The position numbers were made by a program, and so were the translations under genes. A model generated the notes under the pieces. It was not told where the DNA came from. It saw only the letters and a program-made list of their open reading frames with translations, and ran no database searches. This document shows positions 53,501 through 64,000 of a DNA stretch of 64,000 nucleotides, in pieces (position 1 is the first letter of the stretch; each line of letters starts with the position of its first letter). This stretch comes from Lingula anatina (Eukaryota > Animalia > Brachiopoda). Location: positions 33,356,001-33,420,000 of the forward strand of contig CM120642.1 of assembly GCA_051362555.1 (NCBI GenBank), written 5' to 3'.

Positions 53501-56500
53501 CCTCTCATCTGAACATTTTATATATCTGAAGTAACACCTCTCATCTGAACATTTTATATATCTGAAGTAACAGAGTGAGCGTTAAGAAGTATTTTTTTTC
53601 TCTGAAGGCCATACTAGGCACGTGTGCTGTGTGGATACCGACACTATTTCCATGTAAGCCAAGCACGTGTCCCACGCTGCCCGTCAATGTAACAGCACTG
53701 CCCAATGGAACAGAGTAAGAACAAACTGTAACTTTAACTAAAGGGGTATGTCATTTTTATCATCATATACACAAGGCTACAAAAGTTTTTTTTTTTTTGT
53801 GGATGATGATGAAAATGCAGGACCCCTTAGTATAACAACTGTATGCTTTTTTTAAATGGTTGAGTGATCCTTTGAAATATAAAAACCTCATGTCTACCTG
53901 TGTAGGTGCACATGTACCAATAACATCAGTTTCGACTGAGTCACACACATACAGGAACCACTCAGGTTTTTGTTCCAAAGGGGATCACACAACCATTTAA
54001 ACTTGCTATGGAGCACAGAGATATTCATAGATTTTAGCTTAAACTCTTTTATAAATCCTTAGCTTATACTCTTGCATAATCCTTACGTTTCTAAACTGAA
54101 AAGAATTTTGTCACTGTGACTGTTCCGAATACAAGATTACAGAATCGCTTGAGGTGTTCCAAATTCACTATTTCTATTAAATTCTGCGAAGGCGGGAAAG
54201 GGGGGAAGAAGTCATACAAGACAACCAGATCATTTTGATTGTTGTTTAAGAGGATTTATTACACGCACGCATCTTTTAACAAGAGAAAGATAGTTTCCAA
54301 GTTGGTCACTAAAGAACCAAATTGTAATTCTAAGAGAGGATAAATCCACTGACATTGTCTCCCATTTCAGCATTAAGTGCCCTGTTGTTGGGAATTTCAC
54401 ATGGAAAATAAGCAAGCACGCTGTGCAGTTCACGTGTTCGGGGCCAGAGCACGGTGAGGCACATTCAGCGTCGGCACATGGACAGTACAACGAGTGTAAG
54501 GACATTTTTTATGATTTGCGATGTATTGATGGTAAAACATTTTAAGAGTTTCGAAAAAAACAAAATTTTACGATAATCTTTATCCATTTTGGTTGGTCAG
54601 CTTATCCTTAATCTGCTAATCTCACCTATTTACGTTCCTTAGTCTCATAGACTCACATTTGTAGAAATATTTACACGGGTAAATCACTTGTAAGGTAAAA
54701 CCAAGCTTTTATTTGGTAGTGTACTAGTTCCACAAGCTTTTTTTATTTCGCTTTCTTAATCGTTGAAATGGTACGTATTCTATTCACAGTGGCCTCTCTC
54801 CTGTTCCTTGGCGGCGAAGAGGCAGTCCATAATATGTTTTTAAGACGCACTCACCTCATGTTTGACTACCTTTCCCTGGTGACCGCTTTCGTCATCTACT
54901 TCCTGCTGGCGGGCTGGATACCCGGAAGTTCGGTTTCTGCGGGATTGGTGGTACCGATGCTGTAAGTTGGTCACTTGTAATCTATCTGGCTATATAGTCC
55001 TCTGTAACCCCTAAGGTGAAACGAATAAACAATAGCTCAAAAACTATACTGCTGTATCATACTGTTTTCAAAAAACAAGAAAATAACTTAAAGAGAAAGA
55101 GAAAAATACTGTTTTCGATAAAAAGAAAAAAATTATTGAGAGAGAGAGAGAGCAAAAAAAAAAGGAACAGGCTCTGCAACGACATTGGATATTTCACAAT
55201 CTTTTCAGTTATATCGGCGGGCTATACGGAAGAATCCTTGGACGCGGAATGGTGGACATATTTTACATGGTGACTGGCCAGATGCCTACAGACCCGTACT
55301 GGGAGTGGATCGATCCAGGGGCCTTCGCTCTCATTGGGGCAGCCAGCTTCTTCGGGGGAGTGTCCCGTCTGACTATGTCACTGACCGTTATCATGGTAAG
55401 TTCCCTGCATTTTATTGTAATTTTCAGTTGCCTCAATTTCTCAAAGAATTATGTCTGGGGACCAACTTGGTTCGTAGGTGTATTCAACCTCTCCTTATGT
55501 TTATGCTCCTATCAGTAGGTAGAGAAATGCTTTAGGGTTGAGAAAATATATGCAACTTATATTGTTGTAATTTAATGAAAATATAAACCTGATTAATTCC
55601 ATTTCAGTGTCAGTTTGATAATATCACTTTCCAGTTAGAATAAAAACCATTACTTTGTCTTTATTTTACAGATGGAGATCACAAACGATATCCAGTTTCT
55701 GTTACCTATCATGGTGTCTGTGATGACGGCCAAGTGGGTGGGAGACATGATCACACACCCCCTCTATCACTCTCTGCTGGAATTAAAGTGCATCCCTTTC
55801 TTAGCAGACGAACCTGTGGTGTTTGATGACAAGCACGATGTGTGAGTTAATCTTGTGCTATGATCAAACGGAATGAGCCCACCCTACATATCAACGTCTT
55901 TTTGTCTATGTCCTTTTACATAATAATGATAATAACCCCAAGACACCGTCATCATTAACAAAATCTAGAATATATATCATTTTCTCAGAAACGTATTTTG
56001 CACAGTATATAACCTAGATATGGGAAAATTACATTCTTTCTGTTTTTGTTGCTGTCAAAATGTACGGCTATCAAATTATTTCAGAGTTAACTTAGAACTA
56101 TACTCTGTAGCTGACATAATGACAACACCTGTGACTACTCTTCAAATTCACGAGAGTGTGGGAACTTTGGCGAGACTTGTGCTTCAGAACCCGTATGGAG
56201 GATATCCAGTGGTATCTAATGATGGGGATAACGACGATCATCTTTTCGGCTTGATAACAAGGTCAGTTTGTTGGATAAGGAAACATCAGAATAATGTTAC
56301 ACGTAGAAGGGTCTTCATAACTTTAAAATTATCACAAATGTATCAGCCTGCCTTATGGGCCAAAAGAAATACATGTAAGTTAACTTCTTCAATGAAATAT
56401 GGCCACAGAAGAGCAGCTATAAGATATGTTCTTTTCCTTATATATCTTATCATTCACAATCTTTATTTTTTAGAAATGAAATTATAATATTGCTAACGGA

Positions 56501-57507
56501 AGCGGAGATTCCACCGCACGCTCCCCCAGATAAAGTGTACACACCCAGTCTTTCCTTTGGAGTGGTAGGTGGCATTGACGGATTAAATATACGTTCATAA
56601 TAATATATTGGGAAAAAAACCGCAACCTTGTGAATTCAACTAAAATATCCCACTCTATTTCGGTAAAAAATGACTTTAACCTGTTGCACAGTGTAGAGTC
56701 TGGTATGTAGAATGTTTGATTATTGTTCTAAAGAAGATAATGAAGAGATCTTGAAGTTTTCTGAAGAAAATCACATGCTCTTTTTCACTTGAAAATCTTC
56801 AAGGTAAAAAACTTACCGATTTAATATGACTTAAATGGACTACAGGTTTATGTTTATATCTGTTGTTATGTTTATATCTGTTGTAAAATACATATACAGA
56901 ATGCCTTGAAATTTACTTAAACTGTTTATTTTTTTAGCTACGTGACGCCATTGATCGTTTGGGAAGTTTGAAAATGCGTGAAGCCCTTCTACAGAAATAC
57001 GTAACTAATTCATCCTACCAAGATATTATGCTAGATCTTGTAAGTGAAAGTATTTACTTAAATAAATCAAAACCTAATGTACATATATGTGTGGATAAAA
57101 GGCATAAAACTGAATTTGATATGGAGTGAAAATTCCAATTTTACATTTCTCTTTCTTTCTTACATTAATAGTCGCCGTTCATCAATAAATCATCAAGCAG
57201 TATTCAAAGCAGCTTCTCTCTCCATCGGACCTATATAATGTTCCGCACACTGGGATTACGTCATCTGACAGTTGTGGATCGCCGGAACCGCGTGGTCGGT
57301 ATCTTGTCGCGGAAGGATATCATGGGTCACTATCTGGAGGAGAAACTGGACTTAAAGCAGCGGAGGCAAAGACACCGGACACAACGAAAGGTCGAGTCAG
57401 AAAGAAGGAAAGGAAAAGAGGCATTCGCTTATGAAAACATTGTAGTTTCGACTACATTGGAAAGGGAAGGAAATGATCACATGAGGAATGACGACGTTTT
57501 GTACTAA
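47598..57507 (+). CDS. CLC-family chloride/proton exchanger (ClC-6/7-like branch), ~975 aa, 17 coding exons
   Basis: Exons 47598-48002, 48286-48425, 48589-48718, 48966-49043, 49253-49428, 49662-49754, 52474-52717, 52953-53147, 53608-53714, 54371-54495, 54790-54961, 55209-55395, 55672-55841, 56085-56261, 56474-56564, 56938-57039 and 57172-57507; phases are consistent (2928 nt). Motifs GSGIPE, GPEGPMIH, AFGAPVGGLLFALEE, GLVVP, PLYH and two C-terminal CBS domains (GGYPVV; FRTLGLRHLTVVD). Confidence 0.92.
50463..50535 (-). tRNA. tRNA-Arg (ACG)
   Basis: Identical to 40671..40743; in intron 6 of the first CLC gene. Confidence 0.96.
51150..51222 (-). tRNA. tRNA-Arg (ACG)
   Basis: Identical to 40671..40743; in intron 6 of the first CLC gene. 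Confidence 0.96.
51603..51870. mobile_element. MITE with CAGGGG termini inserted in a tRNA-Arg spacer; 5-bp TSD (TCACT/TGACT)
   Basis: CAGGGGAGGATTTAG ... TTAGATCCGCCCCTG. The paralogous empty site gtatcactcatgatgaatcc is at ~50796. Confidence 0.85.
52223..52295 (-). tRNA. tRNA-Arg (ACG), variable-loop variant
   Basis: One substitution relative to the other copies (AAGAAT vs AAGATT); stems intact. Confidence 0.93.
53305..53494. mobile_element. 3'-truncated copy of the MITE at 19271..19485
   Basis: Shares ATAGATTTTAGATCGATCTATCCCCATGGGGAGTCTCACTAGAT...GGAGTTAGGTCGATCTAGT; right TIR missing, followed by a local ~36-bp tandem duplication. Confidence 0.85.
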
Positions 57508-59215
57508 ACTCAGCAGAGGAGATCTTTTATTCATTGCGCTAGAGGAGATATTTCATTCATTGCGTCAGAGGAGACTTCTACCAAAGGGCAAATTCATAAT
57601 TTGTCTATGTTTACCATACGTATTTTAAGTGACCAGAACATATATTAACTTTTCGTCGAGGGGATTGCTTTTGTGCTCCCGCTCCTAGTTGTCCATAATC
57701 AGGGATAACGCATTTTGCTAACGCCCATAGACTACCCCTGCAGTTCACTTTATTAACAAATAAGTTATAAGAATGGTTCTTACAATTGCCATAAAAAATC
57801 TGACTTAGGCCTGGGTGTTGTTGACTTCGAGTATATATCAGTCTTGTGTTCTTAAGCACACCAAATAAGAATTGCTTACCTATGCCACTAACAAAACATG
57901 TTGATAAACGTAATATTCGGAATAAAAGATGCTAAGACATCTAATGATCCCAAGTAAAATTGATCTATTCATGCTTTATTTGAACCGAAGTCAAACACAT
58001 AAATAACTTTGAAATAATTTAAAATGTTATTATTTTCTGAATTCAGCTTAATACGACTTCTCGATGTGATCGACAACAGGACACAATTACGCTGATTTTT
58101 TTCCATTCATACTGCTAATCTGTTGACTCCATACAGTAAAAACCAATTGGTGACTTGGACACCGCCCCCTCCCATGCAAACATGCGCAATCATACACCCA
58201 TAGTCTTAACCTGTTGTTAGCACACCTATACATGTAGTTCCTAGACGACCAATCCCCCCAGGGGAAACATGGTAACCTAATAGGTATTCAGGGGACTACG
58301 GTCCAGTCACTACGATTACGAAACACTTATTATGAAACCCGTTATGGTTGTTAAATACCGCATTTTCCTCTACAACAATACATCACTTCAAGCACCACTA
58401 CGCTCTCCTCACACACATAGTCCAGTCAAACGTCCCTCTGGTCTCTATGAGGCATCACACCAAGCGTGACACGCTTAATCGCACGTGCTCATGCTCCGCT
58501 GGTTTTTACAAATCTGGGCAGACTAAGCAGCGCTACTTTAGTGACATCTCCCCTCTCGATAATTACAGTAACTGGTTTTTAAAAAATCAGCCATATGATA
58601 CAATATTTGTAAGGCTATGCGAGTCAGAAAAGTGTTTGCTGGATTAATACTTTCAAGCCGATTGAGCTTTTGACTTTTAACACGAGTTTGTACGAGCCTG
58701 GATACGGTACAATAGCCCGTAATACTAGGGTCGAGTGGAGGTTGAAAAAACAAACAAACCCTCAGCGAACACGCTTGCAAACAAGATTGTTAACAAATTG
58801 TGCAAATTATCCAAATATCCGAAAAAAATATTAAAATTTTAAAAACAAACCGAAGTCAACAAGATGCTTTTCATTTTGTGTACGGTATCATAAATACAGT
58901 GACGTTTACTGCTTCTTTTAATTGGTCCTTTTCAGGCCCCTGTCTGTACGCCTTTTTCGCAGGTGCACCTCCATGGTTCAGGACAACAAATCCAATAACG
59001 CTTTCACTTAACATTTACATAGAACCTGTGGACGTTTTTGCCCTACTGACTGCCGTGCATAACAATGTTTGTATTCAAATTACGGTGCTTTATTAGAAGA
59101 AGTGGGCACAATAGCAGACAATAGACTAGCAATACAAATACACATTGGCATTGATACTTTACAAATTTAACTACGTGCACACATACTGCAGTCGAGGCCA
59201 ATTGTGCACGAAAAA

Positions 59216-62200
59216 ATGGACGACGGCAAGTCCACAGACGCCTCTTCTGTGGACGCTAGGATCCTCCTACCTCTCAACAAGCTCTTTGACACAGATGATG
59301 ATGACGACAGTTTGCCCACAGCAGACGATAACAGTAATACCGCAATTAGAAATGGAAATATTACACATAAAAATGAAACGAGAAAAGACAGTGTTGTTAC
59401 TTTCAGTGACATGGACCAGATGGCGGACGGGAGAACAACCTCCTTATCTCTCATTAACAACCAGGATGAGGACTCGGATTCCAGAGACGAAGACCCCGAG
59501 ACACCCGACGTGTCTCCCAGAAAGTTGATTTTCAACGCAGCAAGACGCTGGTCCGTGAAAGCAGTCAAAAACGCTGGACCAGAGGGTGTACATGTTAAAG
59601 ATGATACCAGTTCATTTTTTGTCACGGTAAGTGCGACTGTTCTTAATAAAATTCGTCTTAAATACACTTAATCGGACTGATTTTGTATTAATTTTGAGTT
59701 TAATGAGGGAGGTGGTATTGTTGCAGAGGGTAAAACGCTGTTTCAAATCTGTCACATCAAAGGGGAAATACAGACTGCGAGTATTACAGTAAGGAAAGAC
59801 ATGTCTTGCAAATCTTCACCCTGTTATCAATATCAAATACTCTGACAGACACACGCTTTTAAACGTACAGCGGTTTGTTACGATATAACCGATTTACTTC
59901 TGGCATTCAGGGCCGTGATTTTGAAAGCGTGAACACCAACCACACGTACACCAACTCAGAGAAGGAACTCCTAGCAGCTCACGATAGTCTCGACTACTTG
60001 CCGCCACACAGCGAGGTCTACAAGGCATGGTTGAGGAATCAGCCGGCAAGGTAATCGATCGATTCTTTAAAATCTAGTCAGTATTTTGGCACTGTGCGAG
60101 TTTTGGCAGAGATTCCCGTATTGAGATTGCTTTTACCTTGACAAATAGATGCGTCAGGAATACTTCATCTGCATTACAGTTAAAATTTAATGTGGAGTGG
60201 ATCGATAGAAAAACTGAATGCGACCGAGTTGTGTTGATGAAGTAAACAGGAATTACTGCAATACATTGATTAAAAATGCAGCTCTTCCTGGACGGGAAAT
60301 AACATAATAATACGCATAGGTCATCGGGAAGTTGTGGGATTGAATTTCAAGGAGTTCGATGTTATATGATATCAAAGGGTTTAATGTGATCAAAATATTA
60401 TGACGTTGTGTCACGTAGTGCAAGGCTAGGTAGTGCTATGTGGTGATGTAACGTCGCGTGAAATTTTGTAATTTCCTTAGATACATACCTAAATACAAGC
60501 ATTTTACTTTACGTCATTTATATATAAAAAATCTCATCCACTAGTTAAGAATGCAACAATTCCCGACGTAAACACACGTGCTTTTATATCACCCCCTCCC
60601 CAGAAGAACCTTCTCAGTTTGTCCTGGTCCATGTGAAATATCAAAATTATTTTTTCTTGAGGTTTAACTTGGACCGGTGGGTGATGATGGCATTGATAGG
60701 GGTAGTCGTGGGGACGGTGGGTTACCTGCTTCACCAGACTGTCAACGTGATCGTGCACTTGAAGTGGGAGAAAGCTGGAGTCTTTATTAAGGTATGAGCA
60801 AATGAAATTAATAGCCTCTTAAGATTTTGCACAGTATTGTATACAATATTTTGACTGTTTAAGCCTTCGCATTTTTTTTTCACTGACCCCGTGTCAATCC
60901 CATAGGCTTTAGGAGATGGAATGATATTTCTTCCTTGATTGCTACTTTAAAACGCGTAGAAAAATCCAATATACAACACAGCTAAGTGTATTGTAAGATT
61001 TTTTCTGTTCACAAATTGCGTCACTAGACTTCAAGATTTACCATACTTAAGGAAAGAGGCTGTGGAATTTAAAAGATCTTTCTTCTTGGCAGGGTCAGCC
61101 GGAAAAGAAGCAAAATACTATTCTCAATATATTATAGGAGTGCAATCTAGGAAATCGATTAACGCGAGTGATATAAAACGGCCTTTCAATAATTTACTAC
61201 TGTACGGTAACGAGCAGTCTCGAACAATTACTAATGTTTTTGAAAGTGACGAAGAAAAGAAGAAAGTAAAATGTACAGCTAGTAGTTTGAATATCTAAAC
61301 ATACACAAACAATATGACCACTTTTTAATTACTTTTTTCCTTTTTTATTTTCAGAGTGATATGTGGATGGCGTTCGCCTGGGTGTTAACATACAGTATAG
61401 GTTTTACTGCCATAGCGTCTTTCTTCACCGCGGTAAGTGTACTTTAAAGAAATAACAAGGTGAAGTGGTGCCGAGAGACCGGCAATCACGCGATAAGTTC
61501 ATTATCACTTGTGAAGAATTATGTGTTAACATGGTGCCCGAAATCCTCAAGGCCTCGGTGACCATTTTTGCACGAATTCCCCATGTTTCCGAGAAATGTG
61601 TTCACAGTGATAGCGTGAAGAAATAATTCAAGAGATCTGAGAATTTGCACGTTTTTATTTGATGTATCACGTTAAAATGAATTTCAGAGGATTGTGACCG
61701 AATGCTGTTTGACATGCATTTGAAACTTGGGTTTGCTGATAGAGAAACAACATAATAATCGTATCGGAGATTCCAAATTCGTCTTGGTTTTTAAAACAAT
61801 AAATATATTCCCCTCTTTTACAATAGCACGATACAGAATATGATTCATTCGACCAGATATAACAATTAAGAAATTGAAAATTAAGTCTTAAATAAAGTCT
61901 GGAGGGTCAGCGACTCATATTTTTCTTTTATTTTTTTTAGTTCGTATGGACACCTGCTGTCGGATCCGGGATTCCAGAAATCATCGGGTTCCTGAACGGC
62001 ACAGTTGTCCGCCACGCGCTGAACCTCCGAACTTTCATTTTCAAGTTTATCTCGTGCACATGCGCAGTAGGAGCCGGGCTGCCTCTGGGTCCCGAGGGTC
62101 CAATGATACATATAGGGTGAGCAGAATGCACGTTACTCTACTCTTAGAACAACTGGAGAATATATAGCAACGAGTCAATTTTCTTAACCTCTCTATCTAT

Positions 62201-62593
62201 CCATTCACCCATCTATCCTTGTGCAAAATATCAATATGTTAAAATGGGGTGAGCAAAGTGCACGTTACCAGCCTCTTCCAAAAAAACTGCCAAAACCCCG
62301 CAATTTTGAGACACTCTTCTCAACTTGACTTAAATATCTATCTATCCCTAAGTGAACTTAACTATCTGTCTCTCTTTTGCAAAATATCATATTGCGGGCT
62401 GTGGTAAAAAGAACAGAAAAACAACCATTGCATTTGATAGATTTTATGAATTTAAACCAGAATGTTTGGCTAATATTCAACCCGTATTTTTCAATTTTAG
62501 AGCCATCATAGGGAACGGACTGAGTCAATTTCGATCACGAACGTTTGGTTGTAAACTCCCTCTATTCGAACGCCTTAGGAATTCAGAAGACAG
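59216..62593 (+). CDS. Second CLC-family transporter (tandem paralogue), exons 1-6; continues beyond the window
   Basis: Exons 59216-59626, 59911-60050, 60662-60791, 61355-61432, 61941-62116 and 62501-62593. Exons 2-6 have the same lengths (140, 130, 78, 176, 93) as in the upstream gene. Motifs GRDFESVNTNH, GSGIPE, GPEGPMIHIG, RNSEDR. Confidence 0.9.
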
Positions 62594-62596
62594 GTA

Positions 62597-62601
<5 letters not shown>

Positions 62602-62637
<36 letters not shown>

Positions 62638-62659
62638 GAGAGAGGGAACGGAGAGAGAG
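62602..62659. repeat. (GA)n microsatellite
   Basis: GA/GAAA repeats just after the exon 6 donor. Confidence 0.9.
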
Positions 62660-63152
62660 ATGGGTCGGTTGTTTCCTTTTGGTTTTCATCACAGTACGTT
62701 TTTTAACAGAAAATAAAAGCATCTTATCCTGAGACTGAAATTTGGTGCGCATCCTCTTGATGCAGATATTGGTAAAAAGAAGCCACTACATCAGATCTTC
62801 AGAATGTGAGGGGTTGTGAGAGAGTAGAAAGAACCGCCCCTCAGGTCGAAAAAGCAGATGGAAAAAGTTACGCTCGCACTCAAAATCCAATTTGGTTTCT
62901 ATGGCATTTCTCAAATTCGGTAAACTAGACGCGTAATAAGGTCCATTTTTTGTTCTTGCTCAGTAAAAAAAATCCCTCACACAGCAAATTTAGGGCATAT
63001 CACTGACACTATGCATTTTATATCACGAGTACAGTCTAGTTGCAAAGTTATACGAATTTTCATCATCACACGTACATAGGATTGACGTAGAAGTGAAAAA
63101 GTAAGGTAAATGCACTGATTCGCGTATAATGTTTTTAAAAAAATGAAAAATA

Positions 63153-63225
63153 CGAGCTCGCCAGGACTCGAACCTGGAATCTTCCGCTCCGTAGGCGGAC
63201 GCGTTATCCATTGCGCCACGAGCCC
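63153..63225 (-). tRNA. tRNA-Arg (ACG)
   Basis: Identical to 40671..40743; in intron 6 of the second CLC gene. Confidence 0.96.
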
Positions 63226-64000
63226 GTAGCATGCAAGAAAAGATGCAAAGAACACTCCCATTCTTTTGACATTAAGCATATTAACAGATCTTTTGGTATG
63301 AAAACCGTATAGAATATAAATAAAATAAACTGCCTATTTATAAAACGTCTTGATACCTTATAATACTACATCTGTATTGTCAGAACATATGTATATCGCG
63401 CAAACCATATTTCTAAAAGAATAGGTTGAGGGTCACGTGATATTCCCGCTGACGTCATAATGAATGTCGCTGAAAGTAGGTCACATTGCTTACATTCACA
63501 GTAGGATTTACATCGGGTCCTGTTAGAATTTACTGTGCATTGTTGATAGATATTTTCATTAGTATATATCTTAACTTTGAGACGAGCATCATTTTTACTG
63601 GTATTTCACGACCACTACATGTAAATTTCCTCTATCTAACCATACGGGCTATAATCACAAGCACTGGAAGACGTCGCTGTTATGTAGGCCTCCGAAAATG
63701 CCTGATCATTTCTAACTGACTACCTCTTTCATCAGTTACCCAGGCAGAATATAAAAGATGCTGCTCAGTCTTTACAGATGTTTCATCAAAAAGTTTTCAC
63801 AACAATCTTAAAGGCTTTTAAAACGATGTTTTCGACAGGTAGCCCAGCCTGGCAGCAGGACACCTGAGTTTTTTTTTAAATTTCAATTCTTATGGTTCCC
63901 AAGATTCGTCAAGGTAGGCCTAAGGTGTTTTACCACTTAAAAGTCCCATGGTAAATTTTCAAGGCTTTTTATTTTTTTACCTTGTGCCTGCTTCAGGGAT

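Noticed and set aside
53906-53965. Possible extra CLC exon (tgtag|GTGCAC...CAG|gtttt)
   Set aside because: In the required phase it contains TGA, and exon 53608-53714 joins 54371-54495 in frame without it.
39784-63279. Recurrent small ORFs MDNASAYGAEDSRFESWRAR / AQWITRPPTERKIPGSSPGEL (and MVSTSRCGRDNPGSNPGHG at 13640)
   Set aside because: Translations of the tRNA-Arg and tRNA-His genes, not proteins.

Overview
AT-rich, intron-containing animal genomic DNA, probably an invertebrate bilaterian (species not determinable from sequence). From left to right: the last two coding exons of sarcosine dehydrogenase (SARDH, +); about 16 kb without protein genes, holding two tRNA-His(GTG) genes and MITEs; an intronless NRARP gene (-) with a dense cluster of CSL/Su(H) sites upstream; a 7-exon gene (+, 30999..44759) that I cannot assign to any family; a complete 17-exon CLC-family Cl-/H+ transporter gene; and the first six exons of its tandem paralogue. 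The unassigned gene encodes a ~2815-aa type I membrane protein whose ectodomain is ~100 copies of an 18-aa Pro/Lys/His/Leu repeat followed by a very basic domain with furin-type sites. Nine tRNA genes (3 His-GTG, 6 Arg-ACG) are all on the minus strand, seven of them in introns. The most novel candidates are the giant PKH-repeat membrane protein and a tRNA-His precursor whose conserved trailer duplicates the acceptor strand and can pair with the leader. All gene models were read by eye, with no database search or transcript evidence.
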